From: a virus | Strand: one strand, 5' to 3' | Length of the DNA: 64,000 nt | IMG/VR virus record: IMGVR_UViG_3300034104_004920 | Coordinates: 1 to 64,000 of that record | Part shown: in pieces, positions 54,224 through 64,000 of the stretch | Numbering within the stretch: position 1 is the first letter of the stretch | How the letters are laid out: every line of letters begins with the position of its first letter | Notes under the pieces: model-generated | What the model saw: only the letters and a program-made list of their open reading frames with translations | Told to the model about the DNA's origin: nothing | Database searches by the model: none | Program-made: the position numbers and the translations under genes

Positions 54224-54783
54224 TGCTTTCCAGTACTGCCAAATCCGCCAGCACCACGAGCTGTGTTATTCCACTGTTCTTCTGTGGAATAGTGATCTAC
54301 TTTTATCATTGTATAGGGAACAGGCATTACAACCAATTGTACTACGCGTTCATTTTTTGGAATTATTACGCCATTTTCAAATTCGCCCACGTACATCAAG
54401 CTGGCCAAAATCTCTCCGCGATAATCAGAGTCGATTACGCCAACAGAATTGGTCATCACAATACTGTTTTTGCTGAGCGAACTGCGAGGAAATAACAGTC
54501 CTACATGGTCTTCTGGAATAATCGCTCTGACCCCAGTACCTACCAGTGTGCGCTTGTTTGGCTTTAAAACAACGTCTTCTTTAGACCTTAAATCAAATCC
54601 AGCACTTCCGTTTGTGCCTTTTTGAGGAATCAAGTCTCCGTGTTCTACTTTTACCACTAGTGGCATATAGGGCTTTGTAAATCTCATACCAGTACCGCTA
54701 TCTGCATAACCGCTGTAGTAGTAGGTGTCTTTGTTTGTGTATTTAAACATGCCTTCATTTACACCGTCAAATTTAATAGCCAT
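54220..54783 (-). CDS. dut: dUTPase (trimeric)
   Basis: SAGFDL, PRSS, GVIDSDYRGE, QLV, RGAGGFGSTG. Confidence 0.97.
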   Translation of the reverse strand: MAIKFDGVNEGMFKYTNKDTYYYSGYADSGTGMRFTKPYMPLVVKVEHGDLIPQKGTNGSAGFDLRSKEDVVLKPNKRTLVGTGVRAIIPEDHVGLLFPRSSLSKNSIVMTNSVGVIDSDYRGEILASLMYVGEFENGVIIPKNERVVQLVVMPVPYTMIKVDHYSTEEQWNNTARGAGGFGSTGKQ

Positions 54784-55624
54784 TGCTTTTTAATACCTCT
54801 TTAATAATGCTGCAGTTTGTTTCGCCCAATGCTTCGTCGCAAAATTCTAACAAATCCATCAGTTTATAGTTGTTTAGTAGTTGCGCGGCCCCAAAATCGT
54901 TAAGATTACTGATATACTTATAACGACTGCTAATGGGCATATTAGCAATAATATCGTAACAAGTTCCGTACTCTTTAACAAGAGCTTGCGCTTTCTTAGG
55001 ACCAATGCCAACAACACCAGGAATGTTGTCACCAGCATCACCCATAAGACACTTGATAGAGATATGGTCATCTGGATCGTAGTCATAGTGAGTACTCCAG
55101 TTATCCCAAGTGACCTCTTTACGCGTTACGTAAGAGAACCTCATTACATCAGGTCTAATCAACAAATCCCAGTCTTTATCGCTAGAGATCAGAACAATAT
55201 TTTTGAAACCAAACTGCTTTTTGTGCTTTACCACATACGCAGCAATATCGTCGGCTTCACACTTGTCAAACCTAAAAACAGGATATTTGTTTTTGTTTTG
55301 ATAGTCTTCTATTGTTCTGTTGAACTCGTTAAAGAACATTTCAAATGCTTTACGTTCTTCTTCGGTTTGAGTTTCAAACTTGTCTTTGCGATTTTGCTTG
55401 TAGGTTGGTAGCAGATTCTTTCTGTAGCTGCTGCTACCACTATCACAAGCCAAGATTACTTTGGATGCTTTGTAAGACCTTTTTAGACTTTCTACTGTTT
55501 TTTGATATTCGTCTAGAAACTCAGCTGCTCCGCTGTGCTTCCAACGAAATCCCAAATTTAAGCAGTCTACAATCATTACCGTAGATTCTGCTTCTTGTGT
55601 TAAATTGTTAAATGTTTTGCTCAT
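54773..55624 (-). CDS. Flap endonuclease / 5'-3' exonuclease (T5 D15-like)
   Basis: YKQNR, EADD, SSDKDWD, GDAGDNIPGVVGIGPK. Confidence 0.95.
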   Translation of the reverse strand: MSKTFNNLTQEAESTVMIVDCLNLGFRWKHSGAAEFLDEYQKTVESLKRSYKASKVILACDSGSSSYRKNLLPTYKQNRKDKFETQTEEERKAFEMFFNEFNRTIEDYQNKNKYPVFRFDKCEADDIAAYVVKHKKQFGFKNIVLISSDKDWDLLIRPDVMRFSYVTRKEVTWDNWSTHYDYDPDDHISIKCLMGDAGDNIPGVVGIGPKKAQALVKEYGTCYDIIANMPISSRYKYISNLNDFGAAQLLNNYKLMDLLEFCDEALGETNCSIIKEVLKSNGY

Positions 55625-55630
55625 TTATAA

Positions 55631-55659
55631 ATTATATAGTATTGTGGTATTTTTATCAA
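55631..55659 (-). promoter_or_regulatory. Promoter upstream of D15-like gene
   Basis: TTGATA-N17-TATAAT. Confidence 0.6.
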
Positions 55660-56108
55660 GTCACAAATTTGGGATTTGTGTGGGTTATCCAGTCTTCTAG
55701 TATCGACACAAAAAACTGATGCGGATCTCTGGAAATATAAACAAAGTTATAGTCTACATCAGGAAAGTCTTCAAACCCAACAAAGATCTTGCTGCGATCG
55801 TGTTTGAATAACAACAGTGGCTTTTTATTTACTTGAACGGCCTGTCTAACAGCTTGAGACCACCAATCGATTATAGTAGGATTTTTACTTGTTAGTATTT
55901 CCGACGTCAAATGATCTTCTTTGTAGTGTTTGCATTCTACACAGAATAAGTTGGTAACTCCAGGCACGTATAGATCCCCCTTTAATAGATGTTTAGGGTC
56001 TAGTGCCCCGCTGCCTGGAGTTCTTTGCCAGCCCAAGCCCGTTAGGGCTTTGAGCTTGTCTTTTATTAGTGTTTCTGCTCTTGAACCTTTGTCTCTGCTG
56101 TCAACCAT
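55656..56108 (-). CDS. Holliday junction resolvase-type nuclease (T5 D14-like)
   Basis: SR.KG.R.E, R.PGSGA, KGD, ECK.Y, WW.Q. Confidence 0.88.
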   Translation of the reverse strand: MVDSRDKGSRAETLIKDKLKALTGLGWQRTPGSGALDPKHLLKGDLYVPGVTNLFCVECKHYKEDHLTSEILTSKNPTIIDWWSQAVRQAVQVNKKPLLLFKHDRSKIFVGFEDFPDVDYNFVYISRDPHQFFVSILEDWITHTNPKFVT

Positions 56109-57900
56109 TCTCTATCCTTGATATATTCTTTGTTTTTACAACATGAATCTTTTCTAACAAAGGATGAGAAAATCCGTGAGAGATAATAAAAGTGTTCAAG
56201 TAAGGTTCTTGTAACAACACTTCTATTAGCTTTTCTTTGCCTTCTAGGTCTAGATTCTCAATTGTTTCGTCTAAAATCAACACATTGATTCGTGTATTGC
56301 TAATGCCCTGCATCAATTTGCGAATTCCCAACAGTGCAGCTGCATTTACTCGTGCACGCTCACCACTGCTTAACGCAGTCATTTCTATGTCTTTGCCGTT
56401 GTCTGTTACTACAACGTTCAATTTGTCACTGTCGTTGATTTTAAAGCTGAGCTGAAACCTTCCATCACTCAATGTACTCAAGTAACGGTTGATTAAGTCT
56501 TCTAAGTCTTTTACCAAACACTCTATCTTGTACGCAATCAATCCAGTACTGCTAAAAGTTTTTGTTAAAACGCCGATTTTGGAGATTTTATCTTCTAACA
56601 GCTTTTTGGACTCAAACAGTTCCAACAACTCTTTGTTGTGTTCTACTAGCTGTTCTTTTATTAACACCACTCTTGCATTGTGAGCCAATACTTCGTTGTT
56701 TGTTTTTGTGGCTACTGCAATAGAGGCTTCAATATCTTTTATTTTGGCACTATTGACAGCTATTTCTTTTTCTAGTTCTTTTTGATCTGTTGTTGTCTTT
56801 TCCATTGTTGGATCGTACAGATTGTAGTATTCTTCATACTGCTTTTTAGAACGCTCTTTACGTTCCCACTCTGAAACGTCCTTGTAAAAACTAGAAATAA
56901 CTTCTTCAAGAATTTTGGACTTGTTTAGTCCGGTCTCACAGATTTCATTGTGTTCTTGTACCAGTTCGTTGATCTTGGTCTGATCAATCTTCTGCAAACA
57001 GGTCGGACAAGAAGACCCTAACTTGTTCATTTTTAGTATAAAAGCAGAACTGTCTTTTACTGCTTTATCGTGTTCTGCTTTTTCAGTAATCAGTGTGTTG
57101 ACTAGTAGCTTCGGCTTTTCACCCGGTAGTTCAACAATTATGGAATCTAATAACTCTTTGTATTTGTTGTTTTGAACTACACGCTTGTTGAGCTTTTCTA
57201 AGTTTCTCAGCCTGTCCAACAATACAGCATTCTTTTCTTCCAAGTCTTTTGGGTAATTCAACACCTCTACTAACGCTTTTTGTTCTTGTGGCTCTTTGGA
57301 GTACTTTTTGATCAAACTATCTGTTGTGTTTATTTTGGTGTTTATAACAGCCAGGTTCTTGTCTAGACTCTTTAATTCTTCTTTAAAGTACTCGCCAATC
57401 TCAACGTACTTGTTCAAATTCAACAAATCAATCAAGAACTTTTTGCGATTTGTGTCAGTTGCTGTTAAAAACTCTAAACTTGCAGCACTGCTTTGGTATA
57501 CAATCTGACAAAACGTTTTGTGATCGTATCCTATCAAACCCTCTATTGCTTTAAATGTGGCCGTTGCAGTGTGGCTAGAAATGTCTGCGTTATCTTTTAA
57601 CAACACAACTGTTTGAGTAGCGCCTCTAACAGTTTTTATGTTGTAAACACTGTTGTCTTTTTCAAACTCCAGTTCAATAGAGTACGTCTTTGCTTTGGAG
57701 TTGCGGTTTAAGATATCGGCTTTTTTAATGTTTTTGCTGTTTTTGTTGTACAACACTTCTTCTAGTATAAGTGCTATACTACTCTTTCCGTGGCCGTTAA
57801 ATCCTACAATCTGCGTTAAGGGGCTGTTATCAAAATTAATAGAGTTATTTTCTCCATAAGAAAAAACATTGCTCCAACTCATCTTTTTTAGTTTAATCAT
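56101..57900 (-). CDS. SbcC/Rad50-like ATPase (T5 D13-like)
   Basis: NGHGKSS, CPTC hook, LSSGE, ILDE. Confidence 0.95.
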   Translation of the reverse strand: MIKLKKMSWSNVFSYGENNSINFDNSPLTQIVGFNGHGKSSIALILEEVLYNKNSKNIKKADILNRNSKAKTYSIELEFEKDNSVYNIKTVRGATQTVVLLKDNADISSHTATATFKAIEGLIGYDHKTFCQIVYQSSAASLEFLTATDTNRKKFLIDLLNLNKYVEIGEYFKEELKSLDKNLAVINTKINTTDSLIKKYSKEPQEQKALVEVLNYPKDLEEKNAVLLDRLRNLEKLNKRVVQNNKYKELLDSIIVELPGEKPKLLVNTLITEKAEHDKAVKDSSAFILKMNKLGSSCPTCLQKIDQTKINELVQEHNEICETGLNKSKILEEVISSFYKDVSEWERKERSKKQYEEYYNLYDPTMEKTTTDQKELEKEIAVNSAKIKDIEASIAVATKTNNEVLAHNARVVLIKEQLVEHNKELLELFESKKLLEDKISKIGVLTKTFSSTGLIAYKIECLVKDLEDLINRYLSTLSDGRFQLSFKINDSDKLNVVVTDNGKDIEMTALSSGERARVNAAALLGIRKLMQGISNTRINVLILDETIENLDLEGKEKLIEVLLQEPYLNTFIISHGFSHPLLEKIHVVKTKNISRIENG

Positions 57901-58145
57901 TTCTTAGTCATAAAGTAAAGTTCTAGCCCTCCAAGACCACCAACGTGTTCGCCTTCAATAAAAATCTGAGGCACACTTCGTGCATTTGGTAGTACCTCAA
58001 ACAAATCTTTTTTAGTCCAAGTGCTTTCGCCGATCAGTCTGTAGTCTACCACATAGTTCATGCTTTCTAATATTGCTTTTGCTTTTTTGCATGCAACACA
58101 GTTTGTTTGACCCCAAACTACAGCGGTTTTACCATTTTGATTCAT
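57897..58145 (-). CDS. Glutaredoxin
   Basis: CVAC, RSVPQIFI, VGG. Confidence 0.9.
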   Translation of the reverse strand: MNQNGKTAVVWGQTNCVACKKAKAILESMNYVVDYRLIGESTWTKKDLFEVLPNARSVPQIFIEGEHVGGLGGLELYFMTKK

Positions 58146-59094
58146 GATTTTTAAACTCCTCTATTACAGAACCCACAACTTCTTCGTTTAATCCAAGTGC
58201 GTATGTTAAGTACTCCTCCACTTCTTGTTGCAGTGTCATATTGGAGTCTAAAATAAGTGTTAGGTCATTTACTGTTTTTACTAACTTTTTGTCTACGAGT
58301 TCGCTGTCTTCTATGTTTATCAACTCAGAAAGATTGCCTTCTACTTCATAAACAACATGATCAAAAGTACCTGGCGTCATTTCTTCACCGGCTCTAACCG
58401 TTTTACGAATTAATTGAGGTAAATTCAATTTGTGCCAAGTATGTGTTAAGTCCTCTGTGTCTAACACTACTACACCAGTTTCTATGGTATTACGGTGAAA
58501 GCTTGTAGAAAGTGGACTACCGGGATAGACAATATTACGCTGACTATTACTATAACTGTGTAGATCGCCGGCAAGAACCACCTGCCATCTGGAGAAAATA
58601 TCGAGATCAACTTCTGCTTTAACATGGGGCGGAATATCTCCTCGGACATGAGTACACAATATACGATTGTGTAGGCTGTGAAAAGCGTTGTCTTGCTCTT
58701 TTTCGTATTCCTTTAACTTGTTGTAAGGAATAATATCGATTGGTAGAACTGGATGTGACCAGTAGTCGTCTACGACTGTCACTAATTTATTGACTTTGTT
58801 TGTGACCGCTTTTAGGCTGGTCAAGAATGTTGTGTTCTTTTTAACAGCTTCGTGATTTCCGCTGTAGATAAAAGTAGGAACCTTGCAACTGGCAACAAAA
58901 TTAAAGTAGATTTCTAACTCGTCCATGTTGGGCAGTTTGTCGAATACATCACCACCAACAATAAACAAGTCACAACCTTCTTGCAAGTCCCATAGCTGAT
59001 CCAACAACATTTCGTAGCGGTTTAGGGTCCAGGTAACTGGAACATTCTTTTGACCGATCTTTATGTGTATGTCTGCTGTGAATAGTAATTTCAT
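58129..59094 (-). CDS. SbcD/Mre11-like nuclease (T5 D12-like)
   Basis: ADIH, GGDVFD, GNHE, GDLH, YPGSP. Confidence 0.95.
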   Translation of the reverse strand: MKLLFTADIHIKIGQKNVPVTWTLNRYEMLLDQLWDLQEGCDLFIVGGDVFDKLPNMDELEIYFNFVASCKVPTFIYSGNHEAVKKNTTFLTSLKAVTNKVNKLVTVVDDYWSHPVLPIDIIPYNKLKEYEKEQDNAFHSLHNRILCTHVRGDIPPHVKAEVDLDIFSRWQVVLAGDLHSYSNSQRNIVYPGSPLSTSFHRNTIETGVVVLDTEDLTHTWHKLNLPQLIRKTVRAGEEMTPGTFDHVVYEVEGNLSELINIEDSELVDKKLVKTVNDLTLILDSNMTLQQEVEEYLTYALGLNEEVVGSVIEEFKNHESKW

Positions 59095-59106
59095 AGTTTT
59101 TATAGT

Positions 59107-59144
59107 AAAAGAAGCCCCTAGGCTTTAGGCTTAGGGGCTTCTTT
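59107..59144 (-). terminator. Terminator after D11-like gene
   Basis: AAAGAAGCCCCTA...TAGGGGCTTCTTT. Confidence 0.8.
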
Positions 59145-59146
59145 GT

Positions 59147-59782
59147 TTATAGATCTTTGACTGATTCTTTGTCTACTGTTGCAGGAACTTCTTCGTCCGC
59201 ACCACTAGCAAACTTTTCTAGAAGTGCTAGTACGTCGTCGGGTGTTGGACGTGGATACTTTGCGTCAATGTTTTCCGCTGCGTCCGCAAGAGCTTGTTCG
59301 TCCTTTGACAGAGCCCTGCGCTTGCACTTCAAAACTGCAAGAGTGTATTCTACATTGAAAGGTAGAGGGCCAGTCTTGGCTCGCTTGAATACTACGTCCC
59401 AACCAGTATCGTAATCAGTAGGATCGCCCAGGTCTTCTGCAGCAGTTAGAATCTGCTCGAACAGCTTCTTTTTAAGATTCAATACCTTGACCTTGCCGTC
59501 CTTTGGATCAATACAGTTGATGCTGTAAGACCAAGAGCACTTGGCTTCTGGATAAAACGTTGGTACGTGATCTGTTTCTTTGTTTGTGAACTTTTCCTTG
59601 TCACGATCAAAAGCCAAGCACTCTACGGGAATATCCTTGTTGTTGCTTCCCTTTAGCCAGTAAACATACCGTGGCAGTACTCCGCCAATTAGTCGTACTA
59701 CGTTCTCGCCGTCTTTGTACTCGTATGCTTCTACTGACTTCTTTACTGCCTTGCCTTTTGTTTCGTTAAACTTTAGTGCCAT
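59147..59782 (-). CDS. ssDNA-binding protein (T5 D11-like)
   Basis: PRYVYW, ECL.F.R.KE.F, LKKKLF, GPLPFNVEY; synteny. Confidence 0.85.
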   Translation of the reverse strand: MALKFNETKGKAVKKSVEAYEYKDGENVVRLIGGVLPRYVYWLKGSNNKDIPVECLAFDRDKEKFTNKETDHVPTFYPEAKCSWSYSINCIDPKDGKVKVLNLKKKLFEQILTAAEDLGDPTDYDTGWDVVFKRAKTGPLPFNVEYTLAVLKCKRRALSKDEQALADAAENIDAKYPRPTPDDVLALLEKFASGADEEVPATVDKESVKDL

Positions 59783-60164
59783 GATCTTCCTCGTGTTTAA
59801 ACTTTATTTGTTTGTTGGTGATTGTTAGTAACGGATTGTTTTTTATGTTTTGTATATTTAAATCCGGAAAAAAACTTAAATCTAAGTATTTTATCTTGTA
59901 GGTTCTATACAGTAACAGATCGCGACGTCCTGCTAGTTTAATGTATTGTACTATGTCTGAGAGTTTGCGATCTGTACTATATAAAACCGGATTCGGATTT
60001 AAAATAAAACTATTTCCTGCAAGTGACTTTGTTAGTGGCTTGTATTTTTCTTTCTTGGGTACTACTATTGTTTTTTCGTGATGATACTTTAACAGTTTTA
60101 AAAACTTTTCATCATTGTTTTCAGCTTCTTGCTCTAGAAGACTCAAATTAAAAAATAAAGCCAT
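59766..60164 (-). CDS. Conserved T5-like hypothetical protein
   Basis: L.G.SFILNP, YI.LAGRR, NPLL.I....I.F..E; synteny between D10 and D11. Confidence 0.7.
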   Translation of the reverse strand: MALFFNLSLLEQEAENNDEKFLKLLKYHHEKTIVVPKKEKYKPLTKSLAGNSFILNPNPVLYSTDRKLSDIVQYIKLAGRRDLLLYRTYKIKYLDLSFFPDLNIQNIKNNPLLTITNKQIKFKHEEDHGTKV

Positions 60165-60183
60165 ATTCGCCTCAAGAACAACT

Positions 60184-60212
60184 ATTATAGCACTTTGGCT
60201 ATGTTGTTGCAA
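60184..60212 (-). promoter_or_regulatory. Promoter upstream of the D11 operon
   Basis: TTGCAA-N17-TATAAT with TG extension. Confidence 0.7.
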
Positions 60213-60221
60213 GTCTAAATT

Positions 60222-60524
60222 TTAGTTAGGTTTGTTATTATTGCTAACAACTGGTTTACTGTAATAATAGGTTAGTTTTTCCCATAGTTTTACTAAACCA
60301 GGAGTATAGAGATCTACTATTAATGCGAAAATATTTATTACGGGCATAAAAGAAGCAACAAGCCTCAATACTACGTCACCCCACGTGAGTTTGACAACGT
60401 AGTAGTCTAAGTTTTCTCTGCCTTTATCTCGCTTATAATCTTGGTAGGTTTTGTAAGTATAACCAATCAAACACAGTATTGTTGGTAACACATACACTAG
60501 TAGTATTATATTAGAGTTGGTCAA
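60222..60524 (-). CDS. Two-TM membrane protein
   Basis: Two hydrophobic segments; overlaps helicase stop. Confidence 0.6.
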   Translation of the reverse strand: MTNSNIILLVYVLPTILCLIGYTYKTYQDYKRDKGRENLDYYVVKLTWGDVVLRLVASFMPVINIFALIVDLYTPGLVKLWEKLTYYYSKPVVSNNNKPN

Positions 60525-61827
60525 TTTTCCATCCTTTGCTCAAGTAAAATCCCATCTTTATAGCCTGTTGTTTCTTTTCTGCAGGACTATTGAAGTGTAA
60601 ATCAATAACTACGGGATCTTGTTTGTCTTCGTGCATTCTCATTACTCGTCCAATGATCTGCTCTAAGTTTACTAGGTTAGAGCTTGGTACAGGTAGAATA
60701 ACGCAACTCAAACGGTTAATTGAAATCCCTTCTGAGAATATCTGACGCGATCCAGCAATACACAACACTTCGCCGTTGTTGACTTTTTCTGCGATTTGCT
60801 GTCGTTCTTCAAAAGAGGTTTTGCCTGTAACAAGCGCGCAATCTTCACCAAGTTTTTCCTTTAAGTTTTCTAGAAATTCTACTCTATCAGCAATAACTAA
60901 AACACTGTGTTTTTGAAGGATTTGTGCTCTAGCTACACCGGCTACAAAGTTTTGATAGTCCTCATCGTACAATAATTCGTTTATTTTTTCAACCCAAGTT
61001 TTTGAACTACTCAACCGTAATCCTGTGTTCAATATTTTAACTGTGGGGTTCAACGTATTGCTTTGTGGTGGACGAATTACTTTTGTTCCAAAAAAGTCTT
61101 TGAACAAAACGTGCTTTTTGTCTTTTCGTTCCATTGTTCCACTCAATGCAATTCTATAACGAGAATACATAGAGTCTAAAAACTCGTGAAACGTTTCAGC
61201 TGGAACGTGGTGTGCTTCGTCTAAAATAATGGTTCCAAACTCTTTTTGAATTTGTGGAACCATTTTAATAGCAGTTTGAATGTTTGCTATAACAATAAAA
61301 TGATCTTCAATATCAAACACACCGCTGCCAATGATGCCAGGCTTCATTCCAAATAGCTTTTCTACTTCTGTAGCCCACTGATCTCGTAGGAAAGTATTGT
61401 GAGTTAAGACCAGTGTTTTTTGTTCTAGCTTTTTAGCAATGTGCAGTGCAGTAAAGGTCTTGCCCCAGCCTACTAGGGCATTAATAAAGCAAGTGTCGTT
61501 TACTTCTTCATACACAGGAGTTTGTGTGTCACGCAGTTCCAGCAGTGTTTTAGGAAACGGAACTTCGTTTTTTACTCGCTTGTCTACTATTAAGTAGTCT
61601 TGTGGAATCAAGTCTGTTCGACCTTGTGGAATGCTGATTACGTCACCTGGTAGTAGCTTGTAGTTTTTAATAATTTCTAGTCTTTTTGTTTTGCTAGTTT
61701 TTGCACTTCCGCCAATGTTGTGTTCTATTACATAAGTGAGTTCACTCATTATGAAATTTTTGTACTCGCGGTCTTTGCACTTAAAGTATATTCGATTGCT
61801 TATGATTGCTTTGTTTTGTTCTGTCAT
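60511..61827 (-). CDS. SF2 helicase (T5 D10/UvsW-like)
   Basis: GWGKT, DEAHH, LSGT..RKD, EQIIGRVMR. Confidence 0.93.
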   Translation of the reverse strand: MTEQNKAIISNRIYFKCKDREYKNFIMSELTYVIEHNIGGSAKTSKTKRLEIIKNYKLLPGDVISIPQGRTDLIPQDYLIVDKRVKNEVPFPKTLLELRDTQTPVYEEVNDTCFINALVGWGKTFTALHIAKKLEQKTLVLTHNTFLRDQWATEVEKLFGMKPGIIGSGVFDIEDHFIVIANIQTAIKMVPQIQKEFGTIILDEAHHVPAETFHEFLDSMYSRYRIALSGTMERKDKKHVLFKDFFGTKVIRPPQSNTLNPTVKILNTGLRLSSSKTWVEKINELLYDEDYQNFVAGVARAQILQKHSVLVIADRVEFLENLKEKLGEDCALVTGKTSFEERQQIAEKVNNGEVLCIAGSRQIFSEGISINRLSCVILPVPSSNLVNLEQIIGRVMRMHEDKQDPVVIDLHFNSPAEKKQQAIKMGFYLSKGWKIDQL

Positions 61828-62345
61828 ACTGCTCTTACTGTGTCGTCGTACTTTTTATCGAACATTCCGTACAACACTGTGCCTTCTGGAAGAAGTAAAA
61901 TTCCTGCCCATTTTTGGTCTTCGGTTGGCGCGTACAAAGTTTTAAATCTTGTTACCATGCCTTCCACTTCAATCAACACACCTGCACTGTGTTGTATTAC
62001 TTTTTTTATCTTTTTGAACACCAGTGGCACACGTCTTGTCTTTTTATAGTTAAAGACCTTGCCATTGCTGTCTATAAACCAAGTGTTGCCTTTGCTTATC
62101 TTGATGAGATCGCCTACAAAATATACCCCATATTTTATATTGTACAACATATCGCCAGACTTAAAAACTTGTAGCCTTCTTTCTGCAAGAGTGTTTCCTG
62201 GTTTGTTTTTATCGTCAATGATCTTTATTATGTTGACGTCGTCTTCCAGGTTCTTTTTTCTGTACAAAAAGAAGGTTACATTGTTTTCAGTAATGGGTTC
62301 TTTACCTAACAGATATGCCGGAAAAGCTATATCTGCTAGATTCAT
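61824..62345 (-). CDS. Conserved T5-like hypothetical protein between polymerase and D10
   Basis: FP.Y.L, IDDKN.PG..LA.RRL, FIDSNG.VF.Y; synteny. Confidence 0.7.
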   Translation of the reverse strand: MNLADIAFPAYLLGKEPITENNVTFFLYRKKNLEDDVNIIKIIDDKNKPGNTLAERRLQVFKSGDMLYNIKYGVYFVGDLIKISKGNTWFIDSNGKVFNYKKTRRVPLVFKKIKKVIQHSAGVLIEVEGMVTRFKTLYAPTEDQKWAGILLLPEGTVLYGMFDKKYDDTVRAV

Positions 62346-64000
62346 TTTTTAGTCAACAATTCACCATTTTTTACTTCGTAGTATTCGTCGTACTTTCCAA
62401 AGCTGTAATCGGTTCCCACATCTTGATCTACACCAATTGGAGTGTTTGGAATACTGCAGCCTCGATCGCGCTGAGTAGAAGCCTTTAAAACTTCACAGTA
62501 ACGCTCAACGTGTTCGTCTTTTACTAGTGCAACAATGGAGTCGTGTACTAGCATAAAGATTTTAGCATCCAGCTTCAAACGATTGATTTCGTCTTGAGCG
62601 TCCATTGCACCCAATAAGTTGATATCACTACAAACACTCTGAACTTCGGCATTGATTCCGCTTCTTACTTCGTGCGAAGCAATGCCCTTGTCTGCTGAAA
62701 ACACATTTTCCAATCGTCGTTTACGACCAAAGAAACTGTATGTATAGCCGTTGGTTTCAATAAACTCTTTGCGAGCTTTCAACCAGCTTTTTAGCTTATT
62801 GAATCGTGTAAAGTAGCTGTCAATATCGTCTTGAGCCTGCGATATTGGATAGTTTTCGCCTGTGGCTTTTGTAACGCTCTCTGATACCTTTTTGGCACCT
62901 GAACCGTATAAAATCCCGAAACTAATAGCTTTTGCACTCTGCCGCATGTTGCTATACAGTTTCTTGACGTCTTCTACACTGCACGGTAAATTGAATACCA
63001 TTTTTGCAATACTAGAGTGAAAGTCTCCTTTGGAAACAAACACACTCTGCAAGTTCTTATCTCCACTCAATACAGCTGCATAATACATTTCACCTGTTTG
63101 AAGGTCTTGTGAAACTATTTTGTAGCCGTCTGGGGCAACGATGCATCCTTTGATAATGGGATCATCACGAGGAATCTGTTGCGCATTAAACTTACCACTT
63201 GAAGATAAGCGCCCACTTGTGGTAAAAATAAGATTGAAATTTGTACGAATTCGCCCATCGCGGTCTAGTTCTGGTAGGATTTTAGAAACATAGCTAGATT
63301 GAATCTTGGCCAGTTGACGAACCTGCAGGATTTGGGCAGGCAGTGGATGTTGTTCACTAAGTTCTTCGAGTACTTCGGCATCTGTTGATAGGGCTCCGGT
63401 TTTTGTGAGCTTGCCCGTTGGTGAAAGTCCCACATAGTCGAATAAAACAGTTCGTAGTTGTTGAACTGAGTTGGGATTGAAGATTTTGTTACTGTCTTGT
63501 TCAAAACGTTTTACCTCATCAAACTCGTAGATTTTGTTTTTTGCAGCTTGGATCTTTTCGTCCAAGTAAGTCATTGCAGACTCTAAACGAGACTTGCTCA
63601 TTGGAATACCCACTTCTTCCATTTCCATTAAAAAGTGAGTTCCGCGAACTAGTAGGTTTTTGTATACCCAAGACAGTTTTGTGTTCTTTTCAATGAGTGG
63701 AAGAAACTTTTGATGTAATTCCCAAGTTACGCCAGTATCTTTTGCAGCATAAATTTTGATAATGTCAAACGGGATCAAGTCGTAAGTAAAGTCTTCTTCT
63801 TTGATTCCGTGCTTTCTGCAATAGTCCTTTTTAAAGGTCTCCAACGGAGAATCATAGTCTCCGTAGTCTGTGTACTTCAACGCCAAGTCTTTTAGACTGT
63901 GAGAACTGTTTTCGTCCAACACATAATGCTGAAGCATTGTGTCGTGTGTTCTAGACTTGTTGAAGTTTAAGGAAATATGGTAGCGCAACATTTTGAAGTC
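62342..64000 (-). CDS. Family A DNA polymerase (5' part lies outside the window)
   Basis: HDTML exo motif, TSGRLSS, motif A QDL...E, motif B RQSAKAISFGILYG, motif C VHDSI. Confidence 0.97.
   Translation of the reverse strand, partial: DFKMLRYHISLNFNKSRTHDTMLQHYVLDENSSHSLKDLALKYTDYGDYDSPLETFKKDYCRKHGIKEEDFTYDLIPFDIIKIYAAKDTGVTWELHQKFLPLIEKNTKLSWVYKNLLVRGTHFLMEMEEVGIPMSKSRLESAMTYLDEKIQAAKNKIYEFDEVKRFEQDSNKIFNPNSVQQLRTVLFDYVGLSPTGKLTKTGALSTDAEVLEELSEQHPLPAQILQVRQLAKIQSSYVSKILPELDRDGRIRTNFNLIFTTSGRLSSSGKFNAQQIPRDDPIIKGCIVAPDGYKIVSQDLQTGEMYYAAVLSGDKNLQSVFVSKGDFHSSIAKMVFNLPCSVEDVKKLYSNMRQSAKAISFGILYGSGAKKVSESVTKATGENYPISQAQDDIDSYFTRFNKLKSWLKARKEFIETNGYTYSFFGRKRRLENVFSADKGIASHEVRSGINAEVQSVCSDINLLGAMDAQDEINRLKLDAKIFMLVHDSIVALVKDEHVERYCEVLKASTQRDRGCSIPNTPIGVDQDVGTDYSFGKYDEYYEVKNGELLTKK

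Noticed and set aside
51889-64000. Inteins, introns or homing endonucleases in RNR, helicase or polymerase
   Set aside because: ORFs are of normal length with contiguous motifs, and no splice-junction signatures were seen.
1-64000. tRNA genes (common in T5-like phages)
   Set aside because: No cloverleaf with a T-loop GTTCRA and matching acceptor stem was recognised by eye. tRNAscan-SE would confirm.

Overview
The window is a 64-kb piece of a lytic T5-related (Demerecviridae-like) siphophage of a Gram-negative host, in four blocks. (1) 1-10.7 kb is a pre-early/terminal-repeat-like region of small minus-strand genes: two A2-like DNA-binding paralogs, two SprT-like metalloproteases, a DEDDh exonuclease, a HAD phosphatase and a PQ-loop/SemiSWEET transporter. 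The genes are organised as cassettes separated by about 15 copies of a regulatory module. Each module has a leftward gene promoter and a rightward TTGAC-N17/18-TATAAT promoter embedded in a covarying palindrome, followed by GGCGC(C) and a strong hairpin. A non-coding repeat block at 1-450 lies where the T5 injection-stop signal would be expected. (2) 10.8-34.3 kb holds plus-strand morphogenesis genes: terminases, HNH nickase, portal, a protease-major capsid in-frame fusion, T5-type neck and tail tube, frameshifting chaperones, and a tape measure with a T5-like N-terminus and lambda-like C-terminus. These end in a lambda-type tail tip with a 2366-aa NlpC/P60-gpI-gpJ fusion. (3) 34.4-48.7 kb holds a collagen-like fibre, an AT-rich glycan-modification cluster, a lysis cassette and PhoH. 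(4) 48.8-64 kb is minus strand: a separately promoted collagen/C1q-like operon, class II RNR, dUTPase and the T5 D15-D14-D13-D12-D11-D10-polymerase replication module. The most unusual signal is the repeated palindromic antisense-promoter/hairpin module array, including gene-less units that look like small-RNA genes. All family assignments come from motif recognition and synteny by eye; no searches were run.
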